A stretch of 64,000 nucleotides of DNA from Psammoneis japonica (lineage: Eukaryota), in assembly GCA_008632985.1 (NCBI GenBank), contig QPGO01000011.1, positions 434,001 through 498,000 of the forward strand, in the 5' to 3' direction. The position numbers and the translations under genes are program-made. The notes under the pieces were generated by a model. It had not been told where the DNA came from. It saw only the letters and a list, made by a program, of their open reading frames with translations, and ran no database searches. Below are positions 49,701 to 62,300 of this stretch, in pieces. How positions within the stretch are numbered: position 1 is the stretch's first letter; every line of letters starts with the position of its first letter.

Positions 49701-50100
49701 TTTCATCATTTGTGTGCATTTTTTGTGTGCCAACAAGACCTGCCGTGCAGCGCACCAAACCAGAGTGACTGCTCTTTTTTGCACCCCACTTTCGTTGTTT
49801 GAGAGCTGTGCTGCAGCACAGAGGGGGCCATTGATCATGAGCAGAGTGAAGTTTCTTTTGCGTGGCGTGCACTCGGGATGAGTGAGCGAGCACAACAACA
49901 AAACTTCCAGTCATGCAAGCAGCTGTTCATCAGGAGCTCACAATGTCATGATTTTGATGCCACATTTTCTGCTTCACATGCAGGAGGTGGTGGTGTGGCA
50001 TGTGTCCATCATCTGGTGTGGTGCACCTGCCGGTGCAGTGCACGATGGCAAAACAATGGAACGCATTGAGAGGGCGGTCCAGAGATCGCCTGGTACACTT
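42700..50100. mobile_element. Heavily degenerate repeat/transposon block depleted of both TpA and CpG
   Basis: Near absence of TA and CG, excess TG/CA, only Cys/His-rich spurious ORFs; family not identifiable by eye. Confidence 0.65.
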
Positions 50101-51169
50101 TTTACGTAGAAACTACACGAGAGCCAAGCACGTACATTCCCACACAGACGCAGTGCAAAAACACAAAGCGGCACTCCATCACGACTCCTCTCGACACACC
50201 ACCTGACGACAATCCATCAAAATGGCATCGTCCGCATCTTTCTGTAGCTCCTCTTCACTTGCCCATTTCTCCAAAGGGCAGGGACAGCTCATACATTTCT
50301 GTTGTGACAGAACAATGTAAATGCAAGTTGTTTTTTCATTCCAAACTCTCAGAATGCAGTGCAACATGTTGTCAAGGCGAACTCGCACGTTGGCGGTGAC
50401 AACACCAGTGAATGTCCACTCCATGAAAACAACAGAGACATGATGCCCCAGAAAAACAAGCTCTACACTCCCATGATAAGTTGCAAAGCTAATTCTTCTT
50501 TTGGGCTTGCACTCTTGTGCTGTTTTTGGAGACTTGGCATTGTGCACAATTTGCCCCGACTTTAACATCTAAATGTGTTGCACAGGCTTAGCAGATGAGG
50601 CAAATGAGTCACACGTTTCTACATCATAAACTGCCTTGCATCTGTAAGACTCAATGTAAGCCATCATAATTGCCATGGCTCGTTTCTCTGTCGAACAAAA
50701 CTGCGCATCACCTTCTGGAGGCACGTCAAATGCGCGTCAAAATTGCTCGACGACAAATCTGAGCTGCCAAGAGCTTGAACATCTTCAGACACCACAGACC
50801 CAAGCTTCCACATTTATTATGAAGTCATCTGGATGCTGCATCTGTGACTTGGACTTGTCGTCAGACTGCCGTGGCCGTTGCAAGGTAGAAGTGACATTCA
50901 AAGCAAGCACTTCTCTCTCAGGGATGGCCCATGGCAAGGGAGACCCTACAGAACAAAACAACAATGAGGAAAGACAATGTATGTGTAAGTTGAAAGAATA
51001 TGAGCGTGTGAGTACTCAACGAAATGCACAGCATGAATGGTGATGCATAAGTTGCGTGTTGATGCAACAAAATCGGCGGTGTCAACACCAATCTTCAGTT
51101 CAAAATTTCACCATGATCTACCCATGTGAACCTGTGTACTCTCGAGCTTGTCACATACCTTATGCTATG

Positions 51170-51395
51170 ACGTGTGATATTCCGTTGAGAGTACACTACA
51201 AAGTACCTCAGAAACAACCGTATTTTTGAAATCGGCGAAACGCCATTGTCCGTGTTATTTTGCGTGTTATTTTGCGTCGCGAGCCAGAAAACACACCCAA
51301 AAACTGTTCTACAGGGCGAAATGTACTGAATCTACACAGATTTGGGTTGTACAGGCCACGTAGAAATGAACGGCGAACTGTGTACGCCACTTAAG
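51170..51395. repeat. TA-retaining copy of a ~220-bp dispersed element (inverted homolog of 1560-1780)
   Basis: Reverse complement aligns with 1560-1780 (ttttctggctcgcg, aaaataacacggac, tggcgtttcgc, atttcaaaaat). Confidence 0.9.
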
Positions 51396-51533
51396 TGTGA
51401 AAGTTCACTGTCACAGATGTAGAATGCGTTAAGTGTGAAAGTTCACTGTCACAGATAATGTGCAATATTACATAATTTGAAAACTTTGGCGCCAAAAAGA
51501 AGCCTTAAGTGTAGAAGTTCACTATCATAAAAT
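51391..51533. repeat. 28-bp direct repeat x2 (51391-51418, 51429-51456) plus degenerate third copy (51505-51533)
   Basis: ttaagtgtgaaagttcactgtcacagat twice; third copy ttaagtgtagaagttcactatcataaaat. Confidence 0.9.
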
Positions 51534-51759
51534 ACGTAGTATATAAAATATTGGATATGAAAAAGATATAATTTAAATTTTTGGCGCCAAAAATGTGAAA
51601 ATTTGGTCGACTTCAACCTCTTTCTGGCTTCGCACTTTTACGTGCGACGCAGTACAAGTTGTACCTGTACGTGTTTTTCAAAATTTCTTTCCACGATCAA
51701 CGATCACATCATCGATCGTTCATTATTTGCATTCGAGAGACACCAAACTTTGCAGAACG

Positions 51760-52295
51760 ATGAAGCCCTCCGTTGCCATTGTCGCCGTCCTCGCCCTCGT
51801 CCTGGCTTCTGCCTCTGCCGAGCTTCGTGGTGTCTCCAAGCTTCGCGGTGTCTCTTCCGAGCTGCAAGGTGCTCGCAAACTCCCGGTGAGTTTCTCTGCT
51901 GGCGATGTATTGTTTGGGGCTCGTTGTTCTCGTTATTGTCGGTTCTTTCCCTGTCTGTTTAATTTCGCACTGACGGTGGCGTGCGGGGTGGCAGTAGCAG
52001 GATTCGTCTTTGTTTGGTGCCAAATCCTTCTTTTCCTCTCCACTGACGCTGCCGCTGTTGCCGCACATTTTGTCAGTATTCCTATTCCAGCTATAAGTCG
52101 CCGAAGTCGCCGAAGAGCCCCAAGTCGCCGAAGAGCCCCAAGTCGCCGAAGAGCCCCAAGTCGCCGAAGAGCCCCAAGTCGCCGAAGAGCCCCAAGTCGC
52201 CGAAGAGCCCCAAGTCGCCAAAGAGCCCCAAGTCGCCTAAGAGCCCCAAGTCGCCTAAGTCGGGAAGCATGAGTTCCTACCGTGTCAAGGTTTAA
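51760..52295 (+). CDS. Secreted silaffin-like protein, 114 aa, 2 exons (51760-51885, 52077-52295): signal peptide, RKL site, YSYSSYK(SPK)18
   Basis: GTGAGT..CAG phase-0 intron; exon 2 translates YSYSSYK(SPK)18SGSMSSYRVKV*. Confidence 0.85.
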
Positions 52296-52999
52296 TTACT
52301 ACAGTCGAACTGAGGTGGTCGGTTCCTGGTGAGTTTGTCATGGTGTTGATCGTTTAGTAAATCTTGTTGTTGCACTGTATCGCTTTTCTGCTGCGATGTG
52401 GACAACGGTTTATTGTCTGCTGGTTGGTTGTCATTCTTTGTGACATTCTTCATCCTTTCACTGACACTGCTGACACCCCTCATTTTCTTCGTCTTCTGCA
52501 GAAATTCTTATCTTAGTATCATGCCAGCAACACTAGCGGGAGTTTTGGTGGCAGAGTGGGTGCATATATTTAAACTAAATGATTCCAATTGCAGATGATG
52601 TGCGACCTTATTGGTTTGATTACATCATTGTTTTCTTTTCTGGCTTTAGCAATGCGCATAGCTGCCTGCTCCTGTCTCGATTGTCCTCCATCGATACAGT
52701 GCCATGGAGAAGTCTTTCGAGTGCGCAACCATGTTGTATTTTGCAGAAAGTAGACTCGTACGAGCACGGAGGAAAACGTACAGTGACACAGAGAGAGTGG
52801 GGAAGCGCAGAAGAGTAAAATGATGACACGTCCCTGCGCATTCACGTACTCTATATGTATAAAACGCAAGCGAGCATGTAAGCAGCTAGAGCAGAGAGGT
52901 TCCCACTACCACAACTCCCTCATGCGAGTCTTCAGCCTGTGTACGTTGTACGGTATGGTGGAAGTCAAACGATACCGTAGCCCCTTGCCACTTGTAACG

Positions 53000-54140
53000 T
53001 AGGTATTGAAACCCACCAAACCATACCACGCAGCACAGCGCAATGATGAACAGCAGCCATACTGGACTAAGTTTGAAACAGGAAATAAAGCAATGGATCG
53101 CCGCTAATAACTAGGGCCTAATAATCGTAATCGCCATCCTCGGGTCTGTTTCATTGTCAGTCTCATCATCGCTATATCCCTCATTCACGCCTTCTCCCTC
53201 CTCCGCAGTTCAGTAGCATCGTTTTCAGCGTAGTCATAGAATCCTCGTCTGTTGTTGACGACTCCCCGTACATGGCGCTACGAGCCTTGTCTGGATCAAA
53301 ACTCGCATAGAGGCGGTACCGAAAGAAGGGACAGGAATACACTTGGCGGATCCATCCTTTGAGAGATAGAATCCCAAAGCCTTTTTGTTCATTTTGACAA
53401 CTCTTGGTGTCTGCAATAAGAAAAACGAAGAAAAAGCATGATGATGATAGACGAATATCGTGTCGGCCCAATTCTGTAAAAAAGAAAAACAAGACAAGCA
53501 AAAGAGAGATTAGAAACATGGGCATCGAATAGGAGGCATGCGGTTTAGAAGAAGAATCGAGCACACTGAACACAACAGAAGTAAACTAACTACTCACAAT
53601 ACACCGAGCTTTCTTATTTAAGGATCGCTTGGTTTCATACTTTGCTTGGCACCACCACATCCGCCCACGAATCGCGTCCCTTGCACTTGACGTTGAAAAC
53701 GCTTGCTGTTTGGATTGGCGAGGTTCGTCCCAGGCCGCCCGCCGGATTCGTCGACACGCCCGTCAATAGCTGCTGTTGGAATCATGATGTGAGCTTCTTG
53801 CTGCATCAACTGTAAACCATGGCAAGGGCAGGTCATCCTCTTGCTCATCATCATTGTCATTGACATCTGCGATATTGCTCGAAGGCGACATATCCAGCTC
53901 AATGGAATCATCCACCAAGGACGATCCGCGTTTTTCTTGACGGTAACCTTGATACGGTAGGGCCCTAGGTTTGGAGGACATGACACATGACAACATCTAG
54001 GTAGCGGATTCCTCCCCTCTTTGTCAACTTCTTCATATCCTGGCCAACTTGATCCTCCTCGTCTTCACCACCACGCAATCTCTGTCTTCTTCACTCTCAT
54101 CAGAAGATTTTCTTTCTACACGTATTCGATGGAGCATCAT
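53000..54140 (-). CDS. Probable multi-exon hypothetical protein; structure unresolved (frameshifts/introns)
   Basis: Several short protein-like minus-strand frames and a GTGAGT donor near 53597. Confidence 0.3.
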
Positions 54141-54309
54141 GACGAGAGACTTGTTGCAATCACATCACGAAAATACGGGTGAGAGCACAGACCACGCGGA
54201 ACAAGAAAAAAGTACCAGCAAAGAATGTGACTGTAGCAACGTTTCTGATAGCAACCAGCAACATGTCAGGAAGAAGTGCTTCACAAGTGATGAAATGACG
54301 TCAATCCCA

Positions 54310-55213
54310 TCACCCGCTGGCTACAGCAAAGTCTTTTTCGGGCACACGGACGAATACATCGGGCTTGGCGCGTACAAAGTAGAACAATAACGACGGTTCA
54401 GAAGCTAGTTGTGCCCATAAATGACACCACAGCGCCGGAGGGACCGAGCCTTCGTCTCTCAATAGCCTTCTTCCTGCTCGATTCAATCGTAGATAAAAGC
54501 AAAGTTCTTTCTGCAACCGGCTATCCGCCAAAGTAAACCGAGAGCTGTCGTTTCTCATTTCCAATTGTTCCAGAAAATAGTTATGTTGCAATCCTTCTCG
54601 AACTAAATGTTCTCTTGCTTTTTCGCTGAGATTGTTTCTTCCGAGGTATACTTCTCGCAGACTAGTGCTGGTCTTTAGCATGGTTGATATAGCTTCAATG
54701 CCTTCGCTTCCAATATCATTTCCTTCCAAATCTAACTCCTGAACGCTTGATTCACTCAAGAAATTTGCCAGTGCAATGGCGCCAGGAGAGCCAATCCTAT
54801 TGTCCGCCAGCAATAATTCCAGCACCGATTCATTGTCTCTCAACAACTCCACCAGTTGCACAACACCAAGGTCTTCGATGCCTTTTCCTCGCAGGTCGAT
54901 CACAGATAAACCAGAGTTCTGTTTCAACTCCTTAGCCAAAAGCGCTATATCGCGCAACACGGGAGAATCCGTCGGCGAGCTTGACGTGCTGCTTGAAGAC
55001 GAAGATGATGATTCCCGGCCCTGCGGAGGTGTGAGACTTGGGTTTTCGTGTCTCAATCGAATAGACGCGACACAACCCATGGGAAACATCAGCAACGAGC
55101 GTAGGCGCCCGTAATATGAGATCTAAAACAGCGCTGAGTGATTTGAAGCGCAACAAGCAACCACCAACCACACTCTGCCTGAACTTTGAGATGAAGCGGG
55201 AAACGGTCGCCAT
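54310..55213 (-). CDS. RNI-like leucine-rich-repeat protein of the diatom-expanded family; frame break near 55095
   Basis: LxLxxNxIG repeats; C-terminal FYLRLNRAGRRLL..PPALW..LLFYFVRAKPD. Confidence 0.8.
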
Positions 55214-55329
55214 GGCGTATAGCGTCCTTCCGTCCGTCGCAATGTCGGGAATCAATCGATCCGCTCCCTGCCTCCGAGCTGGAATGATGTGGTGCAAACA
55301 GCACCGAAGTTTCACAATAATTCGCAAAC

Positions 55330-58300
55330 TCCCTCCGACAGCACAGTGCTGTACAGTGTGACAATGATTCAGTCACGCAGGTTGAACATAATTGAAATCC
55401 ACTCCATGGCCAGATGCCGGGCATCGCCCTCGTTCCACAGTTGCACCCTGCTGTTTCAGCATCATCTGCTCTTTGCACCATTCAATGGACACTCCTTCTG
55501 ATGATGATCTTTTCATGGTGGCACTCGCACCATGGTCATCTTTCTGCTGCTGCACTCCTTTGCGTCTGCAAATGCGTTGGTGACAAAAGAAGCACCTTTT
55601 GGGGCAAGCCCGCAAAGAAAACAAAACCTTCAGCCGACACACATCGCCACATGTGCACGCATCTCAATGGAAACTTTTTAGAATGGACATCGATGTTTCT
55701 TGGTTTAGCTTGGTCTCTGGCAGCTGCATCTCAAACCCATCACCGAGCTGTGCTGCGGCTGCCTGGACCTGCGTTGTGCTTCGAGCATTGTGCGCCATCT
55801 TGATTTTGAGACATGGCATTTCTTCAGATGGCATGAGCAAGGCACTGTGGGCATGTGCCATGCCTGGCCATCTTTGTCTCATGATGTTCATGGTGCCATG
55901 TGCACAATTTGGAAGCTGCTGCTGCTGGGGCAGCAGGAGCAATCAAGAATTGAGACAATGTTTTGGTTTTTGGGATGGGAATTGGAGGAAACACTCCATC
56001 ATGTGCGGTGCTCCACTTCAAGGTCCAGGCGGACAGGAGAGACTGGCTGAACTCCAAGAAAAGCTTGCAGTTGGCACTGGGCTTTGGAGCAAGGGTGGCA
56101 GAAGGACAGAGTTCAAGCTGGCCCATTGGCGCTGGCTCACAGTTCACAATCTGTCTGCTGCTGTCAGCACAGCATGAAACAAGAACACTGCTCCTTTGTG
56201 TTGCAGTTTCCAATCTCACACCTGACAGTCTGGGGGATTGATGTGCCACCTGCCTTCGACCTGGTGCTGCAGAGGTGCTGCTGCATTTCTTGAACTTCAG
56301 CCCCACACATGGATCAATTTTGCTGCAACCCAAGCACGCACCACCTCATCTGTCTGTCATGTGATGGCTCCATCATCTTGTTTCCCAGTGTTCTCAGAAA
56401 CTTCTTGCAATGATCCATGAACAACAGACCCACGGCCCACTTGCATGTGTGATCTCATGGGTCTCAGCAGCGGCATCTCTCCTCTCATCATTTGTTGACA
56501 AAAGTGCTCATCTTGACAAGCAGATCTGCTGCAAATGCAGGCAAGGACTTGGTGTGGATGAAGTCAAAACTTTGGCCAGTTGCTTGATGGATCCACAGGA
56601 GCATCTCACATGAGTGGTTCAAAAACCACATTTGTTTTGCCTTGGAAATTTATGTCTCATGTTCTGTGTGGAAGCTGCAGGATCTTGTTGTGAATGACAA
56701 GCAATGGCATCACTCAACTTGGACTCCACAATGTGCTTCTGTGATTTCTTAGACTTTGCACAACAACAAGTCATGAAACCTCCTCTCCTTTTTGAGCACA
56801 AATGTGAGAGGTGTCAAGAAGGGACCATCTTGTTGAATTTTTGGCCAAATGATCACAATGGCTGCCACACACATCACATCAAAACAGTTCTTCATCTGTG
56901 CCCACTTGAAGATCACAGGAGAGCACACTGCACACAAGAGCTTGAGACTGCCCAGTTGCCAAAAGAGTCCTCTTCAAAACATGTGGCATGACCGATCCAT
57001 TCATTGTCCTCTGCATCTTCAACTTCATCACCAGCAAACTCATGCCTGTGATGATTTTCAGCCTTGTCTTTCAACTCTTGTGCTTTTTCAGGTGACCATC
57101 TCATCCAGTGCTCATGAATTTGGCACTGATGGGGAGATTTTTGGCTGCCTCTGGAATCTGATGACCGAGATGCACTGTGATCATTCCAGCACAGTGGGTT
57201 TCTTTTGTTGGCATGTGCCTGTCAGCAGCTGCTCTCTTGGATCACGCAAGCTTCTTGCTTGGAAACATTGCCTTGCTCATCATTGTTGTCATTGGCATCT
57301 TCAACATTGCGCAAAAGCCACATGCCTGGTGCCCAGCTCAGCAGAGTGAGGTTGCGTCATGTTGTCGCTCCTCCCCCAAGGTTTGAAAAAGGCACCCAGC
57401 ATTGTGACGACGCGTTCCAGCCCTGGGTGGGACTCCGTGTGACATTGGGCCCGTGGAATTCTACGTGCGAGCTCCGCAGTGCGAGAATTTAATCAATGGA
57501 TGTGTTTGTCTTCAACATCAAATGAGTGGCCAAGTTTGTGGCACGATTGTGCCTCTTGCCACTTGACGTTTTTGCAAATGCACCTGCCCTGCGCGATTCT
57601 CAAGGGTGGTCGGTTGCCACTTTTTTCAGCTCGAATTTGGCCGAGTGGCTCGTGTTTTGCATGATTTTTCCTGAATTTCACCGTGCTTTACCATGGTGAA
57701 AACAACAAGCCACAAGTCTGTGACGGAGGTGGTCCATCCACCAACTCTCATTTGTTTTGTGCTTGTTGTGCATCAAAGATTGCACATGCATGAAAAGTTG
57801 GTAGACGGCAAACTGCGTTTTTGAGAAACATCGATGATTGTCATCATCGTTGTGCTTCGATCGCAGTGTTGATGGTTCTCGTTTTCGTGTGCGACCGGGT
57901 GTGACTGTGGACAATTCTTGTGTTCAAAAATGAACACTGTGAAAAACCTTGTTCAAATGCAACGGTGATTTTAGGATGAACGCGGGGATGACCCCCCTTG
58001 AGACATCACAGAATCGCGCTGCAACAAAAAATGTCAAAAGTTTTTGTTTTGGATGGATCGCTCAACAAGTGCACCGTAAAATGACACAAAATGTCAGAAA
58101 ATCACGTAGAATTCTACGTGCGCGACATGCGATGAGATTCAAAAAACTGTTGATGTCACAGCTCAGCAGTGCGAGGTCCCACCTGGACCTGGAGCGCGTC
58201 TGACACCGCTGTCTGGCAGATTCTTGTTCTCCTCCTCTTCATCATCAAGTGATTCTGCCACAACTTCACTTTTGTCATGTCCACTTCCTCAACTTCAGTG

Positions 58301-58930
58301 GAGCCTCCCTCCCAAAAAAAGCAAAATTTCTTTTGGCACTCAATGCATCGCAGGTCGAAGGGCTGCTGCCTCTTCGCTGGGTTCTGGGTGCCTTCTGCCT
58401 TCTGCCTTCTGCCAACTTGTTGTCAAGGCTGGTTTTGTCACATTTTCCAACTCAAGCAAATGCTCCACTCTGTGTGGACAGCAATCTGAGCATTCACAAA
58501 TTGACAGGATTTGAACAGGATTCAGGTGCGCGCGAAATGTTGCGCGCTGTTTAGTTTGCCGCGCACAGTTTCTGTGTGCTTTAGTTCCGCGCGTTTGCGC
58601 GCGATGCAGTTTGCTTTCGAGCCACAAGGCTCACAAGAACAACAACAGCAGCCCGATTGTGCCGACTTGCACGTCTTTCGGCTCCTGTGACAGTCTCTGA
58701 GCGGAGACTCATCTGCTGTTTGGACAGCAGCAAGGAGTTGTTGTTTGAATTCTTGCCATTTGCCTTCAATTTCTGTCAGATTGACAGTCTTGCTCATTGT
58801 CAACCCATTGAGCAACTGCCATCGTCGTCATTGATTTGCCGACAATGCCACTTCAATTCTGCGTGGACCTCCGCATGTGTTCTACGCACATCGGCAAGTC
58901 TGCGCGCATTCAACACCAGGCCAGCGTCAT
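55330..58930 (-). mobile_element. Degenerate TpA-depleted element with minus-strand coding remnants, interrupted by a MITE
   Basis: TA nearly absent, CG reduced; broken Tyr-free protein-like frames on both sides of the MITE. Confidence 0.55.
57409..58200. mobile_element. MITE (792 bp), ~25-bp imperfect TIRs, 4-bp TSD TGAC
   Basis: tgac|gacgcgttccagccctgggtgggac ... gtcccacctggacctggagcgcgtc|tgac. Confidence 0.9.
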
Positions 58931-59305
58931 AAAATCGCTGACTCGACTGCAATCTTGGTTGCAGTTCGATTGCGGATTGCGATCAAAATGATTGCAATCT
59001 GCTGATTGTTTGTCTGGCGTGTCACAAAGATCGCAATCGTGTTCACGATCGATCGCGATCGACTCGTGTCTAAAATTTAGTCGTGAATCGGGATTTTCAT
59101 CGTACACGGGACTAAAAATTGACCGAAACGTGGCACACATTCACGAAAAATGCGTCTTGCGCAGAGGGCGCCCTGCGTGGGCGCGCGAATCCGCGCGGGC
59201 CAATCGCGATCGCGATTGCAATCGATTGTCACATGTGGCAAGCGCGCGCGCATTGCGATCTTCGATGCTGCGAAGCGCGCGCAATCGATGGTTGCAATCC
59301 ATGAT

Positions 59306-62300
59306 TGTTGGAGAAGTTAACGATTTTACAACGCTGCACCAGGCATCGGCAGGAAGTTAACATCACCGTCAAGTCTCCTCACCGCTGGATGTCTGGATTG
59401 ATTGTGCCACCTTTCATCGCTGAAGACACACATTCAACGGTTGTGTCCAAGTCCATCCTTGATCCTCATCCCTTCATGTGCCCATTCAACGGTTGACGGT
59501 CAAGAACCCTGCATGTTCAAGGATCTTCGTCGCTGCAGACACACACACATCCATGTCTTACGGCCAAGAACTTGCACCCACTCTTTGGACTGCGGCTTTG
59601 CCACCACTCTACAAGCACGCCGAGTCTGTTGCACCTCATCCACCCCGGACTGCTGGTGCTCCACAGTTCTGCCAGGTCCACGAGGATGACTGTGAGAGCA
59701 AGCAGCCGTGATTGCAGCCTGCGTTGGGGCAAGGGTGTTTTCCCGCGTTTGTTCATTCGTCCACAGTGCCTGACGCCTGCGTCAACTGGCCAGCCTGATC
59801 GGGAAATCCAACCGACACAAAACAAGAATGGTTCGGGGGTCTTGTCCACCTCTGGTCAGCTCACCTGCAGGGGTTTGCAACCCGCTGCTCCACTCGCAAG
59901 CAACCCAAAGCGCCGCTGGCTGCGGGTTCGGACGTGCCGGCACAACTCTGCGGACCGGATGGGAAGTTTAGCACTTGACAACGAACGGGATGGCACAACC
60001 CGGCGACTTTTGATTTTAAGATAGTTCAAGATTTCAAGTCAAGTCCATTTCAAGTCAAGTCTGTTCCCACTCAAGTTTCAAGTCTGCCTCCGCGTCCCAA
60101 CAAGAATCGCTTGTCCTGACACCGCTTTTGTCTGCCATGGTTCTCACTCGTCAGCAACAAACCGATGGTTTCGAGTGCGTTGTTGGAGCCGCACTTGCCC
60201 AAGGTGCTGGAAGCCCTCTTTGTTTGGCTTTGACCCATGACGACACGGACTCGCACCAAGAACTGTTCACGTTCACACCTTCCCAAATCGACTCGCTTGA
60301 GCACGACAATGGCGCTAATGTGATCCCATTGCCCCGAGGTTATAAGAACATGTTAGCAGCTCCAGTCAGTCTGTGCATTGTCAAAGCACATGAAGGCCTT
60401 GATGTTGCCAATGACTCCTCGTTGTTCATGCATGAGGAGTTCCTTGCCTGCCGCCTCAGCCCCGACTGCATGTCTTCTGTGTCCGTCGGCAGCTCACCTC
60501 TCGCACCTCCGCATGTCACCAACCCGACCAAGGCACGCAACCCGGTGCAAGACTTCAAGCGAGGCATCAAGCGTGACCCCACTGCTTTCACGGCTCTCAA
60601 ATCTGACAAGCAGTGGCACACTTGGCACACCTCACTTGTGGCACAAGCCCGTGCCCAAGATGTCGAGTGCATTCTAGACTCGTCGTGCAAACTGACCAGC
60701 CCCGAAGACAAACTGCTCTTTGCTGAACAGCAAAAGCACATGTTCACCACATTCGAACGCATCCTTCTCACCGACAAGGGCAAGGCTCTCATTCGCGAAA
60801 ATGCAGGGTCTTCTGATGCCCAGACTGTCTGCCGCGCCTTGTCCGAGTGCGCGCTTGCCTCCACCCGCGCATCCATCGAGTCCTCCACCTTGCTCATGCA
60901 CCTCACCACCGCACGCCTTGGTGATGGCACTTGGAAAGGTCTGACCCACGGGTTCATCCTTCATTGGCAGGATCAGTTGCACAAGTGCGAGGCACTCATC
61001 CCAGCCAGTGACCACTTCTCTGAAGGACAGAAGCGCGTCATGCTCGAGAATGCTCACATCCTGTCGAGGAACTCCGCGCCATCAAGAACCAAGCTGATCA
61101 GCATCGCACGCAGAGTGGCAAAAGCCTCACGTGTGATCAACATTGTGGCTTGCTCCTCTCCGTGGCGGCTCAACACGACAGTGCGTTTCAACCCAAGATG
61201 ACACCTTGAGCTCCCCGACGCGCCACATGCGCACACGATGTCCACTCCGAGGAACCATCCGATGGTGTGTTCCATGACATCGACAGCAACATTGACGTCC
61301 TTCAGGCTGACGCTGCCTGCACCCGTGGCCCCAGCCTCGCCGGTGACCAATGGAAACGTCTCCCTCCCGACCACCAACGGATTTGGGATTCGTTGCCCCA
61401 TTCCTCCAAGGCGATCATCCTTGAGCATTCTCGTCCACCTCCCCGCAACCCGCGAGCCAGCAACTGCCATGAGTCCGTTGCGGTCAACCTTCACGACCAA
61501 CAACTTGGGAGTGACGGCAATGTCAACTTGTCCAACACGACTCCTGCTGACTCTGGTGACCCCGCTCCAAATGTGGATGCCCCTTCAGACAATCCCATTC
61601 TGGCGCACCTCACCAAGTGCAAGCCACTGCCACCCGGTGATCTGCAACACCTGTTGTCTCCCAACCAAGCCCCCAACGCCAGTCGACCGGGCCCATCCGC
61701 CGCTCCCTCTACCTTGCCTGCTCCTGCAGATGACACAGAACTTGACGGCTGCACTTGCCGCCGCGTCAACAACCACAATGTCATTTGCTCTGCCTCCGCT
61801 CATTGCTCCACACGCACTGGTGCTCTGGTCGATCGTGGAGCCAACGGCGGCATTGCTGGCGACGACGTCCGTGTCATTGCACGCACCTCTTGCCAAGTCG
61901 ACGTTCAGGGCATTGACGACCATCAATTGGTGGACTTCCCTGTTGTCACCGCTGGTGCCGTCATTGAGACACAGCGTGGTCCCGTCATCGCCATCCTCCA
62001 TCAGCACGCATGCACAGGAAAGGGCAAGACCATTCATTCCTGCGGCCAGCTCGAATGGGCAAAACATGATGTCAACGATCGCTCTGTCAAGGTGCCCAAC
62101 GGCTTGCAACATGTCGCCACCCCTGATGGCCATGTCACCCCAATTGACATCAAGGGTGGCCTGCCTCATGTTGCCATGTGACCCCACACTGACGCCGAAT
62201 GGGACACCCTGCCCCATGTCATCCTTGCCGGTGATGACACATGGGATCCTTCCATCCTCGATCACTCTGTCACTGACGACGACCAGTGGTGCGACGCGAT

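Noticed and set aside
42700..50100. Dozens of Cys/His-rich ORFs as metal-binding peptide genes
   Set aside because: Explained by loss of TAA/TAG stops and excess TG/CA; open on all frames with no coherent domain
51595..52272. RRAPS-repeat protamine-like ORF
   Set aside because: Reads through an intron; the spliced frame gives SPK repeats behind a signal peptide
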